Source of the DNA: Truepera sp.
GTDB taxonomy: Bacteria; Deinococcota; Deinococci; Deinococcales; Trueperaceae
Reading direction: 5' to 3'
Length of the DNA: 64,000 nt
NCBI GenBank assembly: GCA_965218435.1
Contig: CBDCKW010000009.1
Span: 2,080,001-2,144,000, forward strand
The notes beneath the pieces are model-generated. The model was not told the origin of the DNA, did no database searches, and saw only the letters and a list, made by a program, of their open reading frames with translations. Position numbers and translations under genes: made by a program. Of this stretch, positions 43,817-53,249 are shown piece after piece (positions within the stretch are counted from its first letter, which is position 1; every line of letters begins with the position of its first letter).

Positions 43817-44118
43817 ACCTGCCTCCTTTTAGAAGTGCCGACCTCGAGTCTTACTCTTACAGTGTCACCTTCCTCGAGTTTTTCCGCCTTACGAACGCTG
43901 AGCTTGACGGGTACGAGATAGAGGCCATCCTTAGGCCATAGTGAGGTCTTCCAAACTGTCGCGCCGATAGAAGCTTTGACCGGAATCATGCCCCAACCGT
44001 AAGTCACCCATTTTGAAACGTCCCGCAGAACTTCGCACTCTTCCGCTGGTACAGGGACGAAGAAAAACGGAGCGGGGCCACGCCAGTACCAGAGGTTGCC
44101 GCTGAACTCGAGGCTCAC
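43813..44118 (-). CDS. DUF1905-family protein
   Basis: Motifs WYWRGPAPFFFV, GWGMIPV, TSLWPKDG and VRKAEKLEEGD. Confidence 0.85.
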   Translation of the reverse strand: MSLEFSGNLWYWRGPAPFFFVPVPAEECEVLRDVSKWVTYGWGMIPVKASIGATVWKTSLWPKDGLYLVPVKLSVRKAEKLEEGDTVRVRLEVGTSKRRQV

Positions 44119-44621
44119 TTATCCACCTTCTTGCCTCTCCAAACATCCCAGGTTTTCGGCCCGGCTTCTTCATCGCTGATCGGCTGGCCTGCTACTTTGA
44201 GGGCCAGTTTGATCTGACCGTGATGATAGCCCTCGTGCCACAGCAAGAGCTGGAGCATCAAGACCGGATGATCGTAATTAAGGTCCATACCCCGACCTGC
44301 TAATACTCTGCCCTTCACCGCTTCCCGTACCGCCTCGGCGCTGCCGTCAAGCATCTGCGCAATGCGGTCGCGGTCATGCTCGACCCGCCACTCCTCTTCG
44401 GGTACGTTCCTGGCAAATTCGGGAGCTTCCTCGAAGACAGACACAAGCCGCTCATGGTGGATGTGTGTAAACATCTCTGGGACAGACGGGCTATTTCCCG
44501 TCGCCTTGGCCTCCAAACCGCCATCTGGCAGAGCGCGGAGCAGGTTGAGCATGATGGTGTTGTTCCGGTCCCATGAGTCTAAGACGGCCTCGAGCAAACT
44601 TCCGTCCGGTTCGTACGACAT
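44115..44621 (-). CDS. DinB-family protein
   Basis: Motifs FTHIHHER and WHEGYHHGQI. GGAGG RBS. Confidence 0.88.
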   Translation of the reverse strand: MSYEPDGSLLEAVLDSWDRNNTIMLNLLRALPDGGLEAKATGNSPSVPEMFTHIHHERLVSVFEEAPEFARNVPEEEWRVEHDRDRIAQMLDGSAEAVREAVKGRVLAGRGMDLNYDHPVLMLQLLLWHEGYHHGQIKLALKVAGQPISDEEAGPKTWDVWRGKKVDK

Positions 44622-44688
44622 AGCCGCACCTCCATATGCTTGTACAGAAAAAAGTTACGTTGCTACTTTATCAGCGCGTTTCGTACCA

Positions 44689-44913
44689 CTATTTGACATT
44701 GCTCCTGATACCTTTAAGCTCGACTGGTAGCGGGTAGCTACCGGGCTCGAGCCAAGTCGCCAAGCTAATTAGGGTAAACGCTAAACGCTGCCTAGCTGAA
44801 GGTTGAGAACGTCTGAACTCCCGAAGCGCGTCATCCGTGGCTGCACGCGCCTCATGAACCCGCATCTTTCTCTGCGCTTCTTTTAACAAGAACTGCTCGT
44901 CAAACCGGTGCAT
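44689..44913 (-). CDS. small hypothetical protein (74 aa)
   Basis: GAGGAGG RBS before the ATG. A paralogous segment lies at 45855-45983. Confidence 0.7.
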   Translation of the reverse strand: MHRFDEQFLLKEAQRKMRVHEARAATDDALREFRRSQPSARQRLAFTLISLATWLEPGSYPLPVELKGIRSNVK

Positions 44914-44954
44914 GGTGCCTCCTCTTTAAGCCCAAAGCTGTACCAGAATCGGTT

Positions 44955-45983
44955 CTACCAAGCTTTAGCGTTCGGTTTCTGTTTTGCTGCAACTGCAAGA
45001 ATCACACCTGCCAGAATGATCCATACACCCACAACTCCAGTCCCTGAAAGCGTCTCGCCTACTAACCCCACGCCTAAAAGCACAGCTACCACCGGGTTGA
45101 CGTACGCGTAGCTACCAAGGAGTGCGGGTCGAACCTCCCGGCCTAACAGATAGACATACGCGCTGTACGCGAGCAGCGAACCGAAGGTGATGAGATACAG
45201 CAGGGCGAGGCTCGAGTTCAAAGACGGAATCCGAATTAGGCGCTCGCCGCGCAGCAGCGCAATGGGGACAAGCACCAGGCCCGCGATAACCATCTGCGTG
45301 GCACTTGCCATCAGACCGGATGGTTGACGGAGGCTTCGACTCCATACCGAGCCGAGCGCCCAACTAATTGGGGCAAGAAAGAGCAGGGCTGCTGCAGCGT
45401 AGTTCGTTCGCAGGTCGGCCTCTTGGTTTAGGAGCACGACCCCAGTGAGGCCGACGATCATGCCCAGCCACTCGAGCCGTCCAACCCGTACCCCCTGAAA
45501 ACGTATAAAGAGGGTGTACCAAAGTGGCATAGTAGAGACTGTCACCGCCACCACACCCGAAGCGACGCCCATCTCCTCTGCTAGGGTAGCACTTCCCAAG
45601 CCTCCTACTAAGAGAAGCGTGCCGACAATGGTCGCGCCACGCCACTGTATCAAGGTAGGATGAGGTGCACCGCGTATGCGGAGAAAAAGGTAGAGAAGCC
45701 CTCCTGCGACCAAGAAACGCCCTGCTAACATGAGGTAAGGAGGAAGTGTCTCAACCGCGACCTTAATTGCGAGGTAGGTCGAGCCCCATACCAGGTAAAG
45801 TATGCCCAGCGCAAAGGTGACGCCGAATAGTGTGGTTCGGGTAGAGGTTTTCATGCATCCTCCCTCTTGCGTTACTTGTGAAGCTTTAAGGTCTCTTAGT
45901 ACATGCGCCTGAGCCGAGCGGCGTTCATACAACCGCTGTTTGGTCTCTGCCTCTTGAAGTAAAAAGCTCTCGTGAAACTGCAA
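44955..45983 (-). CDS. EamA/DMT-family exporter (YedA-like); two possible starts, 45983 (TTG) or 45854 (ATG)
   Basis: Motifs LYLVWGSTYLAI, YLITFGSLLAYSAY and SYAYVNPVVA. Both starts have strong RBSs. Confidence 0.9.
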   Translation of the reverse strand: MQFHESFLLQEAETKQRLYERRSAQAHVLRDLKASQVTQEGGCMKTSTRTTLFGVTFALGILYLVWGSTYLAIKVAVETLPPYLMLAGRFLVAGGLLYLFLRIRGAPHPTLIQWRGATIVGTLLLVGGLGSATLAEEMGVASGVVAVTVSTMPLWYTLFIRFQGVRVGRLEWLGMIVGLTGVVLLNQEADLRTNYAAAALLFLAPISWALGSVWSRSLRQPSGLMASATQMVIAGLVLVPIALLRGERLIRIPSLNSSLALLYLITFGSLLAYSAYVYLLGREVRPALLGSYAYVNPVVAVLLGVGLVGETLSGTGVVGVWIILAGVILAVAAKQKPNAKAW

Positions 45984-46040
45984 AATAACGCCTCCTGATT
46001 TCAAGGTTAGCGCCGCATCAGGTTAGAATCAGTCCTAATT

Positions 46041-46991
46041 ATGTATCACCCCAGCACCCGGCTTTTGACCATTTTGGAACTGCTGCAAGCACGCGGACGG
46101 ATGAGCGGGCCGGAGCTGGCGACTCGGCTCGAGGTCAGCCCCCGGAGCGTGCGGCGTTACGTCGCCATGCTGCAAGACATGGGCATTCCTGTTGAAGGTG
46201 AACGGGGGCGCTATGGGCAATACCGCTTGCGGTCCGGTTACAAGCTGCCCCCTTTGATGTTCGATAACGATGAGGCGTTGGCGGTCACTGCAGGCTTGCT
46301 GCTCGTCCGACGTAGTGGTGGATTGGTTGAACCGAGCACCACCGAGCGCACGCTCGCCAAACTCAGTCGGGTCTTACCTGAAGGCTTACGCGAGCAAGTC
46401 ACGGCGCTGCAAGAAACGCTGGTGCTCGATACGCCGCCCGGTCAAACTTTACCCAAGCGTGAGCAGCTGGCTGTGCTAAGTCAAGGTGTCAAAGCGCGTC
46501 GCCGGGTGTGGCTGCACTACCTAAACGAGCAAGGTAGCGCGACCGAGCGGGACTTCGACCCCTACGGCGTAGTGCAGTATGGGGGTCGCTGGTATACCGC
46601 CGGGTACTGCCATTTACGGCGAGGGCTCAGGGTGTTTCGGATAGACCGGACGGGTGAGGTACGGCTGTTGGAGCACACTTTTGAACGACCCATAGACTTC
46701 GATGCGTTTGAATACGTCAGCCGTTCAGTCGCATTAGTGCCACTCACTTACGCTGCGGAGGTGCTGCTCAAAACAAATCTGGAAAACGCTAAACGAGAAC
46801 TATATCCGAACTTTGTGACCTTGGAACGGGTCCCGGAAGGCGTTATCTTACGCTGCACGGCAGACAGCCTCGGCTGGTTGGCACGGCTTATCGCCGGGTT
46901 CAGTTTCGCCTGGGAGGTGAGGGGGCCACCTGAACTCGAGGTCGCGCTGAGGGAACACGTAACGGGGCTGCTCGAGCAACTCGGAGGCTAA
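46041..46991 (+). CDS. YafY/PafC-like HTH-WYL-WCX transcriptional regulator
   Basis: HTH_11 (ELATRLEVSPRSVRRY), LPPLMF, and WYL domain (RDFDPY...WYTAGYCHLR...FRIDR). Confidence 0.93.
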   Translation: MYHPSTRLLTILELLQARGRMSGPELATRLEVSPRSVRRYVAMLQDMGIPVEGERGRYGQYRLRSGYKLPPLMFDNDEALAVTAGLLLVRRSGGLVEPSTTERTLAKLSRVLPEGLREQVTALQETLVLDTPPGQTLPKREQLAVLSQGVKARRRVWLHYLNEQGSATERDFDPYGVVQYGGRWYTAGYCHLRRGLRVFRIDRTGEVRLLEHTFERPIDFDAFEYVSRSVALVPLTYAAEVLLKTNLENAKRELYPNFVTLERVPEGVILRCTADSLGWLARLIAGFSFAWEVRGPPELEVALREHVTGLLEQLGG

Positions 46992-47080
46992 CAGAAGGTA
47001 ATGTGCTTGACGCATGTGAGGACGGCACCCAAAATCTCATTTTGGCGTTCTCGTAAGTTATGACCCGGCAAAAGCAGAAC

Positions 47081-47875
47081 CTAACGCAACCCCTCCGGCG
47101 TCAGCGCCACCTCGAGCCGCCCCAACGCAAAGTCCGCCGTGAGCGCCAACAGCGCCACCGGTACCGCGCCCTCGAGCACGTACGCTAAATTGCCTGTCGT
47201 CAGACCGGCGATGATCGGCACACCGAGCCCGCCCGCCCCGATAATCGGCGCAACCGTCGCGGTCCCAACCGTATAGACGGTGCTGGTGCGAACACCCGCT
47301 AAAATCACGCGGGTAGCCAAGGGCAGCTCGAGCCGAAACACCCGCTCCCACGGGGTCATCCCCATCCCGGCAGCAGCTTCTTTGAGGGTCGCAGGAACAG
47401 CCTCGAGGCCCGCCACCGCATTTCGGGTGACCGGCAAGAGTCCGTACACGACGAGCGCAATCAGCGTCGGGCGGAGGCCGAAGCCGAACGACGGCAACGC
47501 GAGCGCCAAAATTGCAATCGGTGGGAAGGTCTGACCGACCGACAGGAGCGATGAGACGAGCGGTAAAAACGCTCGGCCTTGGGGCCGCGTCAACCAGACA
47601 CTCAGTGGGAGGCTGATCACGAGCACAATCCCGAGTGAAATCCCGACGAGTTGCAGGTGTTGCAACGAGAGCTGCAAGAGCGTCGCACGTTCAAAGAGCA
47701 CCGCCCGATTTTCCGGAAAAAGCCAGCGGAGCGCCGCGCCCCACCACGCTTGCTGCGCGAACAGTAAAAAGAGCAGGGCAAAGACGCCGACCGCCAGCAC
47801 AAGCTGTAAAAGTGCCCGGTTCCTGGCTGAGACCCGCTGCCCGGAAAAAGCCGCTGTAGGTGTGCTCGTACTCAT
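47081..47875 (-). CDS. osmoprotectant ABC transporter permease (YehW-like)
   Basis: QTFPPIA, EAA motif (KEAAAGMGM) and IGAGGLG. Confidence 0.9.
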   Translation of the reverse strand: MSTSTPTAAFSGQRVSARNRALLQLVLAVGVFALLFLLFAQQAWWGAALRWLFPENRAVLFERATLLQLSLQHLQLVGISLGIVLVISLPLSVWLTRPQGRAFLPLVSSLLSVGQTFPPIAILALALPSFGFGLRPTLIALVVYGLLPVTRNAVAGLEAVPATLKEAAAGMGMTPWERVFRLELPLATRVILAGVRTSTVYTVGTATVAPIIGAGGLGVPIIAGLTTGNLAYVLEGAVPVALLALTADFALGRLEVALTPEGLR

Positions 47876-48987
47876 GCGGCCGCCACGTCCCGCTGTGTTT
47901 CGGTCTGGGTTTTGGTCACCTCGAGGATCGCAGCCAGACCGAGCAGTCCGACAAGTTCACCCGCTTGGTTGACGACCGGCATTTCAGTCACCCCTTGCCC
48001 GAGCAGTTTGGCGAGCGCACCCCGTACGTCATCATGTTCTTCAACCCCGTAGCCCCCGGTTACTTCCGTATAAGCGCGTTCGATCACCGTCTCGTGGGCA
48101 AACGCGCGGCGGTCGAGCCAACCTACAAGCTTGCCTGAACGCGTCACGTAAACCGTCTCGTGCTGCGCCAGCGCAACCTCGGCGTCTTCGGCGGAGGCGC
48201 TCAGCTCGAGCGACACCACCGGTTTCAGCAGGTCGCGGACCCGTACGCGGCTCAGGCGTTTTAAGGCGCGGTCGGCCCCGACGAACTGCCGGACAAAGCG
48301 GGAGGCGGGGTCGCGCAACACCTCGTCGGGCGTCCCGAACTGCTCGACCGTCCCGATATTCATCACGCAGATACGGTCACCGAGTTTGATCGCTTCGTCA
48401 ATGTCGTGCGTGACCATCACCACGGTCTTTTTCAGCTCCGCCTGGATACGCAGAAACTCCTCTTGGAGCCGCTCGCGCGTCAGCGGGTCCACCGCGCCGA
48501 AGGGCTCGTCCATTAAGAGAACCGGCGGGTCCACCGCGAGCGCCCGTGCGACGCCGACACGCTGCGCCTGACCGCCGGAAAGTTCTTTGGGATAGGCTGA
48601 GGCGTAGCGCCCTGGCTCGAGGCCGATAATATCAAGCAGCTCATGCGCCCGCTCAGCACTCCGCTTTTTGGGCCAACCGAGCAGCTTAGGGACGACCTCG
48701 ATATTTTCTTCGACGGTCATATGCGGAAACAAGCCGATACTCTGAATCACGTAACCGATGCCGCGCCGCAGCTCTTCCGGGTTCGCCTTGGTCACGTCTT
48801 TGTCCCCGATCAAAATACGGCCGCTCGTAGGTTCAATCAAGCGGTTGATCATCTTTAAGGTCGTCGTTTTGCCGCACCCGGACGGCCCGATCAGGACCGT
48901 CAGCTCACCGTCACCAAAGGTCAGCGTCACGTCTTTGACCGCCACCTGCTCACCGTAGCGTTTAGTTATCCCCTCGAGCCTGATCAT
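47872..48987 (-). CDS. osmoprotectant ABC transporter ATP-binding protein with CBS domains (YehX/OpuCA-like)
   Basis: Motifs GPSGCGKTT, LSGGQAQR and LMDEPF; C-terminal CBS pair. Confidence 0.93.
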   Translation of the reverse strand: MIRLEGITKRYGEQVAVKDVTLTFGDGELTVLIGPSGCGKTTTLKMINRLIEPTSGRILIGDKDVTKANPEELRRGIGYVIQSIGLFPHMTVEENIEVVPKLLGWPKKRSAERAHELLDIIGLEPGRYASAYPKELSGGQAQRVGVARALAVDPPVLLMDEPFGAVDPLTRERLQEEFLRIQAELKKTVVMVTHDIDEAIKLGDRICVMNIGTVEQFGTPDEVLRDPASRFVRQFVGADRALKRLSRVRVRDLLKPVVSLELSASAEDAEVALAQHETVYVTRSGKLVGWLDRRAFAHETVIERAYTEVTGGYGVEEHDDVRGALAKLLGQGVTEMPVVNQAGELVGLLGLAAILEVTKTQTETQRDVAAA

Positions 48988-49003
48988 CTCTCTCCTCTAC
49001 CCA

Positions 49004-50440
49004 TCAGCGTATCCCCTGCGGCGTCACCAACTGGCCAAGCCCACGCAAGAGCGCGTCAGCCAAAAGCGCCAGGGCGATAATCGGCAGCGCCCCGAGCAAG
49101 ATAAGGTCGGGGACCTGCTGTGAAATCCCGTTTTGAATAAAGACCCCGAGCCCCCCGGCTCCGATTAAAAAGGCGACGGTCGCAATCCCGATGGTCAGCA
49201 CCGCCGAAGCCCGCACCCCTTCCATGATGAGCGGGAGCGCGAGGGGCAGTTCGACGCGGCGCAAAATTTGGCCCGCGCTCATCCCCATGCCGCGGCCCGC
49301 TTCGGTCGCGGCGCGCGGCACCTCTTTAATGCCGGTATAGGTGTTGCGGATGATCGGCAAAAAGGCGTAAAGCGTCAGGGCAATGAGCGCGGGCGCAGTC
49401 CCGATACCCCGGACGCCGAGGCTCGAGAGCGGAGCCGACAAGCTGTTGGGAAGGTCCAGCCGCGAGAAGTTGAGGCTGAATACCGCGACGAATAGATCGT
49501 TAAGCACTACCGCGACGATGACCGTCAGGAGCAAGACCGGCAACAGGGCGATGAGCAGCGTCAACACCGTTACGACATTCTGAACCCAGCCGGACGTGCG
49601 CCGTGCCAGCAATCCGACTCCGGCTGCTACCAACCCACCGCTGACGCAAAAAAGGAGCGCCTGCCCAACTGTGACATTGCTGCCGAGCCGCGCCAGCGGC
49701 AAGAGCATGATGCCGAACAGTGCGAGCGAAGGAATCGTCTGTAAAAAGCTGGCAGTCGGCAACACGAGCCGCGCCGCTTCTGCCCGCCGCGCGGCCCAGA
49801 TCGCCGCCGGAATCCCGATGGCGCACGCGAGCAGTACCGAAGTTCCGGCGAGGGCCAGATGGCGGAGCACTTCGGCGCTGAAATCACCGCCCTGCGAGGC
49901 GAGTTCTTGACTTAAGCCGACGCTCCCAAAGGTCCCGGCAAAGGTGAGTCCGAGAGCGATCAGCGGCCCCGGCAAGACCAGCAAAAGACGGGTTCGACCC
50001 GTTTGCGGCGCGTCACCAAGCGACCCAAAAATACCGATGTAGTAGGCCAAAAGCGTCAGCCAGACACCGCTTTGCAGCGACACGCGGGCGCGTTCGGGGT
50101 CGGACGTAGCGGCTAACAGGGCGCTCGAGCCCCCGCCCACCAAGAGCAACCCGAGCGTAAGCGCGGCGGTGCAAAGTAGCGCCAACACCCAAGCGCGGCC
50201 CCGAAACCGGACGAAGCTGACAAGGAGCAGCAGCGCCCACACGCCTAACAGCGCGTAGGTGTAACTGTGGGCGGGCTCAGGTAGGGCGAGCGCACGGTAC
50301 ACGTCCCCGGCGACCAAGCGGTTGGCTTTTAGCAGGAGCCAGTTCGGGCCTACAACCGGTAAGAGAACGAGCAACCCCAAAACCGCCGCCAACCCCGTGA
50401 TGCGGTTGAGCCGGTCGCTATAGGCTGGTGACGTAAGCAT
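49004..50440 (-). CDS. osmoprotectant ABC transporter permease (YehY-like)
   Basis: Motifs QTIPSLALFG, EAGRGMGM and IGAGGLG; long N-terminal membrane extension. Confidence 0.9.
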   Translation of the reverse strand: MLTSPAYSDRLNRITGLAAVLGLLVLLPVVGPNWLLLKANRLVAGDVYRALALPEPAHSYTYALLGVWALLLLVSFVRFRGRAWVLALLCTAALTLGLLLVGGGSSALLAATSDPERARVSLQSGVWLTLLAYYIGIFGSLGDAPQTGRTRLLLVLPGPLIALGLTFAGTFGSVGLSQELASQGGDFSAEVLRHLALAGTSVLLACAIGIPAAIWAARRAEAARLVLPTASFLQTIPSLALFGIMLLPLARLGSNVTVGQALLFCVSGGLVAAGVGLLARRTSGWVQNVVTVLTLLIALLPVLLLTVIVAVVLNDLFVAVFSLNFSRLDLPNSLSAPLSSLGVRGIGTAPALIALTLYAFLPIIRNTYTGIKEVPRAATEAGRGMGMSAGQILRRVELPLALPLIMEGVRASAVLTIGIATVAFLIGAGGLGVFIQNGISQQVPDLILLGALPIIALALLADALLRGLGQLVTPQGIR

Positions 50441-50620
50441 GTTATCTCCTCATATAGCAGGTATCATCCGGTTTGAGCTGATCCAAGTGAATAAAGGATA
50501 GTCTAGCACGCACGTTCTAAGATGATTCCCTTGGCAAAGCTAAAGTCGCCTAAGCGAGAACCCGGCTCAGTAACTATGGAAACCGCTTTATATATAAGAT
50601 GACTCAGTTTAGCAGCGAAC

Positions 50621-50653
50621 AAAAAGCGGGGCCGCCACGTACCGACCCCGCTT
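50621..50653 (-). terminator. terminator or stabilising hairpin after the binding-protein gene
   Basis: On +, AAAAAGCGGGG...CCCCGCTT, which reads as a stem plus U-tract on the minus strand. Confidence 0.6.
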
Positions 50654-50670
50654 ACACCGCTGCGCTACGG

Positions 50671-51579
50671 TTATTTAAGAAAGCCGTTATCGCTTAAAAA
50701 GCTCTGCGCAACATCGGCGGGTTTCGCCCCGTCAACTGCAACCTGACCGTTGAGGTCTTGGAGGGTAGCCGCGTCGAGCGAAGCGAAAATCGGATTTAAG
50801 ATGTCACCAAGTTCCGGGTACTTGTCGGCCACCGGGGTACGCACCGCCGGAAAGGGTTGATAGATCGCCACTGCATTTTCCGGGTCGGTGAGCGTGACTA
50901 AGCTGAGCGCCGCGATGGTGCCGTCAGTCCCGTAAGCCATCGCTGCGTTGACACCGTCGGTGCCGTTGGCAGCGGCTGTTTCGGTCTGAGTCGTGTTCCC
51001 GCCTGCAAGGATAATGAGCTGATCATTCGTAACGTCAAAGCCGTAAGTCTTTTCAAACGCGGGCAGCGCGTCGGGGCGGTCAACGAACTCCTGGCTGGCT
51101 GCCAGCTTAAAGTCGCCGCCGTTACTGACATAACCGGCAAGGTCGGCCATCGTCTCGAGGCTGTTCTCATCGGCCAGGGTTTGCGGTACGGCAATCGCCC
51201 AAGTATTATTGGCCGGAGAACGGCCCAGGTCGGTCACGCCCGCTGCGGCGTCGAGTTTTTTAACGGTATTGTAAAGCTCTTGCGGTTTTGTCGAAATGTC
51301 TGCGGGAACGTCGGCGTTCGGATAAAAGGTCAAGGCCGAGCCGGTGTATTCCGGATACATGTCAATTTCACCGGCAAGCAGCGCCTCACGGACCACTGAA
51401 GTGGTACCGAAACCGCTCCGGTCGTTGACGGTAAAACCGTTTTGCTCGAGCATCAACCGCATGATCTGAGCTAACACCGTCCCCTCGGTATCAACTTTTG
51501 AACCAATCGTGACCGACCCCTTTTGCGCCAAACCGAATGACGCGGTAGCTAGTAGTAGACCTAATAAAACTTTGCGCAT
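50671..51579 (-). CDS. osmoprotectant ABC substrate-binding protein (OsmF/YehZ-like)
   Basis: Motifs GSKVDTEG, YPEYTG, ANNTWAIA and MAYGTDG. ATG at 51579 after AGGAGG. Confidence 0.9.
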   Translation of the reverse strand: MRKVLLGLLLATASFGLAQKGSVTIGSKVDTEGTVLAQIMRLMLEQNGFTVNDRSGFGTTSVVREALLAGEIDMYPEYTGSALTFYPNADVPADISTKPQELYNTVKKLDAAAGVTDLGRSPANNTWAIAVPQTLADENSLETMADLAGYVSNGGDFKLAASQEFVDRPDALPAFEKTYGFDVTNDQLIILAGGNTTQTETAAANGTDGVNAAMAYGTDGTIAALSLVTLTDPENAVAIYQPFPAVRTPVADKYPELGDILNPIFASLDAATLQDLNGQVAVDGAKPADVAQSFLSDNGFLK

Positions 51580-51860
51580 CACTGCCTCCTTGGGAATGCA
51601 TAACTTCGTACGTGACTTCTCTAACTTGCTTACGACTCGACTTGGTAAGGTCGCCGTCCGACCCACCCTGCCAGCCCCTAAACCCCGAAGTTACGTGAGT
51701 AAAGCACAGGCTGCAGGGTACCTTTGTCAGGTACCCTACGTTAATCTGCACGCCAAGCTGTACGAACCTGACCTCTTGCCAAAGCTCAGGCAAAATGTGT
51801 AGGCTAAACTATGTGTAACTTACACATTAGACGGCTAGAGGTAATTCCACAGGTAAGCCG

Positions 51861-52874
51861 GTGAGTCGTCCACGTGTGCTGCTGCTCTGCGGGGGTCGGT
51901 CGGACGAACACGACGTTTCATTGGCGTCGGCTCGGTCGGTGTTGGCGGCAGCAGGGGAGCGCCTCGAGCTCACCCCCTTAGTGATTGCCAGAGACGGTCA
52001 CCTGCTTTCAGCGGCAGCGTCTACAAAAGTTTTAGAAGATAGCTGCAGCGACATCACAACGACGCAGAGTGGCGGCTTGGAGCGGCTCGAGCCCAACGCT
52101 TTTGACGTTGTGTTCCCTCTCTTACACGGTCCTTTCGGAGAAGACGGCAGTGTTCAAGGACTGCTTAAGATCATGGGACTCCCCTTTGTCGGTTCGGACG
52201 TTCTAGGCAGCGCGGTCGGGATGGATAAGGGGATGATGAAGGCCGTCTTTGCTGCGCACGCTCTGCCGAACGTGCCTTACCAGTTGGTAACGCGGCGAGC
52301 GTGGTCGGAGAAACCCGACAGCGTTTTAGACGAACTCCGCGCCCTTCCCTATCCCGTGTTTGTTAAACCGGCCAATCTGGGCTCGTCAGTCGGTATCAGC
52401 CGCGCCGACGACGTAGCATCACTCCGGGCTGCACTCGACGAGGCCGCCCGCTTTGACCGCCGCATTGTCGTCGAACAAGGGCTTACGGAAGCGAGGGAGC
52501 TCGAGGTCGGCGTGCTCGGCAACGACGCTCCTGAAGCCAGCGTCGTTGGTGAAATCAGCTTTAGCAGCGCGTTTTATGACTACGCGAGCAAATACACCGA
52601 AGGCAGAGCGACGCTCCACATCCCGGCGGACTTGCCACAATCTGTGGCCGCAAAGTGCCAAGAGTTGGCTTTAACAGCGTTTCGGGCGATTGACGCAGCA
52701 GGGTTGGCCAGGGTGGACTTCTTTTTGCACGAGGGCAAACTTTATTTGAATGAAATCAACACCATGCCCGGTTTTACCACCACCAGCATGTACCCGAAAC
52801 TCTGGGAAGCGTCGGGCGTTCCTTACGAAGAGCTCGTGGCACGGCTCGTTGAGCTGGCCTTAGAGCCGCGCTGA
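51861..52874 (+). CDS. ddl: D-alanine--D-alanine ligase
   Basis: Motifs GGRSDEHDVS, LHGPFGEDG, KPANLGSSVG and NEINTMPG. Confidence 0.97.
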   Translation: MSRPRVLLLCGGRSDEHDVSLASARSVLAAAGERLELTPLVIARDGHLLSAAASTKVLEDSCSDITTTQSGGLERLEPNAFDVVFPLLHGPFGEDGSVQGLLKIMGLPFVGSDVLGSAVGMDKGMMKAVFAAHALPNVPYQLVTRRAWSEKPDSVLDELRALPYPVFVKPANLGSSVGISRADDVASLRAALDEAARFDRRIVVEQGLTEARELEVGVLGNDAPEASVVGEISFSSAFYDYASKYTEGRATLHIPADLPQSVAAKCQELALTAFRAIDAAGLARVDFFLHEGKLYLNEINTMPGFTTTSMYPKLWEASGVPYEELVARLVELALEPR

Positions 52875-53249
52875 CGTATGACAGACGAGCACTAGGATGA
52901 GGTATCAAAAAGTATGCAGCAAAGAAGGTAGGACAGCGGTTTTTAACGTTTTTAGTACGTGAGAGATGCTATTTTCTCCTCGAGGTTTTTTAGGTCAGCA
53001 ACTTCTTCATTCTTTATTCCGGATTCCCACTTTTTCCAGAAGGTTAGCTATGAATGCTTTCAACTGACCCTAAAAGGCCAGCAGATTCCATGAATCGCCA
53101 ACTAATTTTTCTCTGATATAAAACGGGTTATACTCGGCTATCTCAAGCGAGGAGGCGTCGCCGCCGACTACTACCTGACCCCCGACGAAGCAGAGAGCGT
53201 TTTTGCTGAAGAAGCGGACTCGAAGATTGCCAACGTCAACGCAACGCGC

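Noticed and set aside
44622..44700. DdrO/RDRM radiation-response box upstream of DinB (also checked priA and ligA)
   Set aside because: Only a half-site (TTACGTT) is present, with no full 17-bp palindrome.
51580..51800. c-di-AMP (ydaO) riboswitch ahead of the osmoprotectant transporter
   Set aside because: The conserved GCTGAATCC / GGGTGAATC / CAGCTAAC blocks were not seen on the minus strand.
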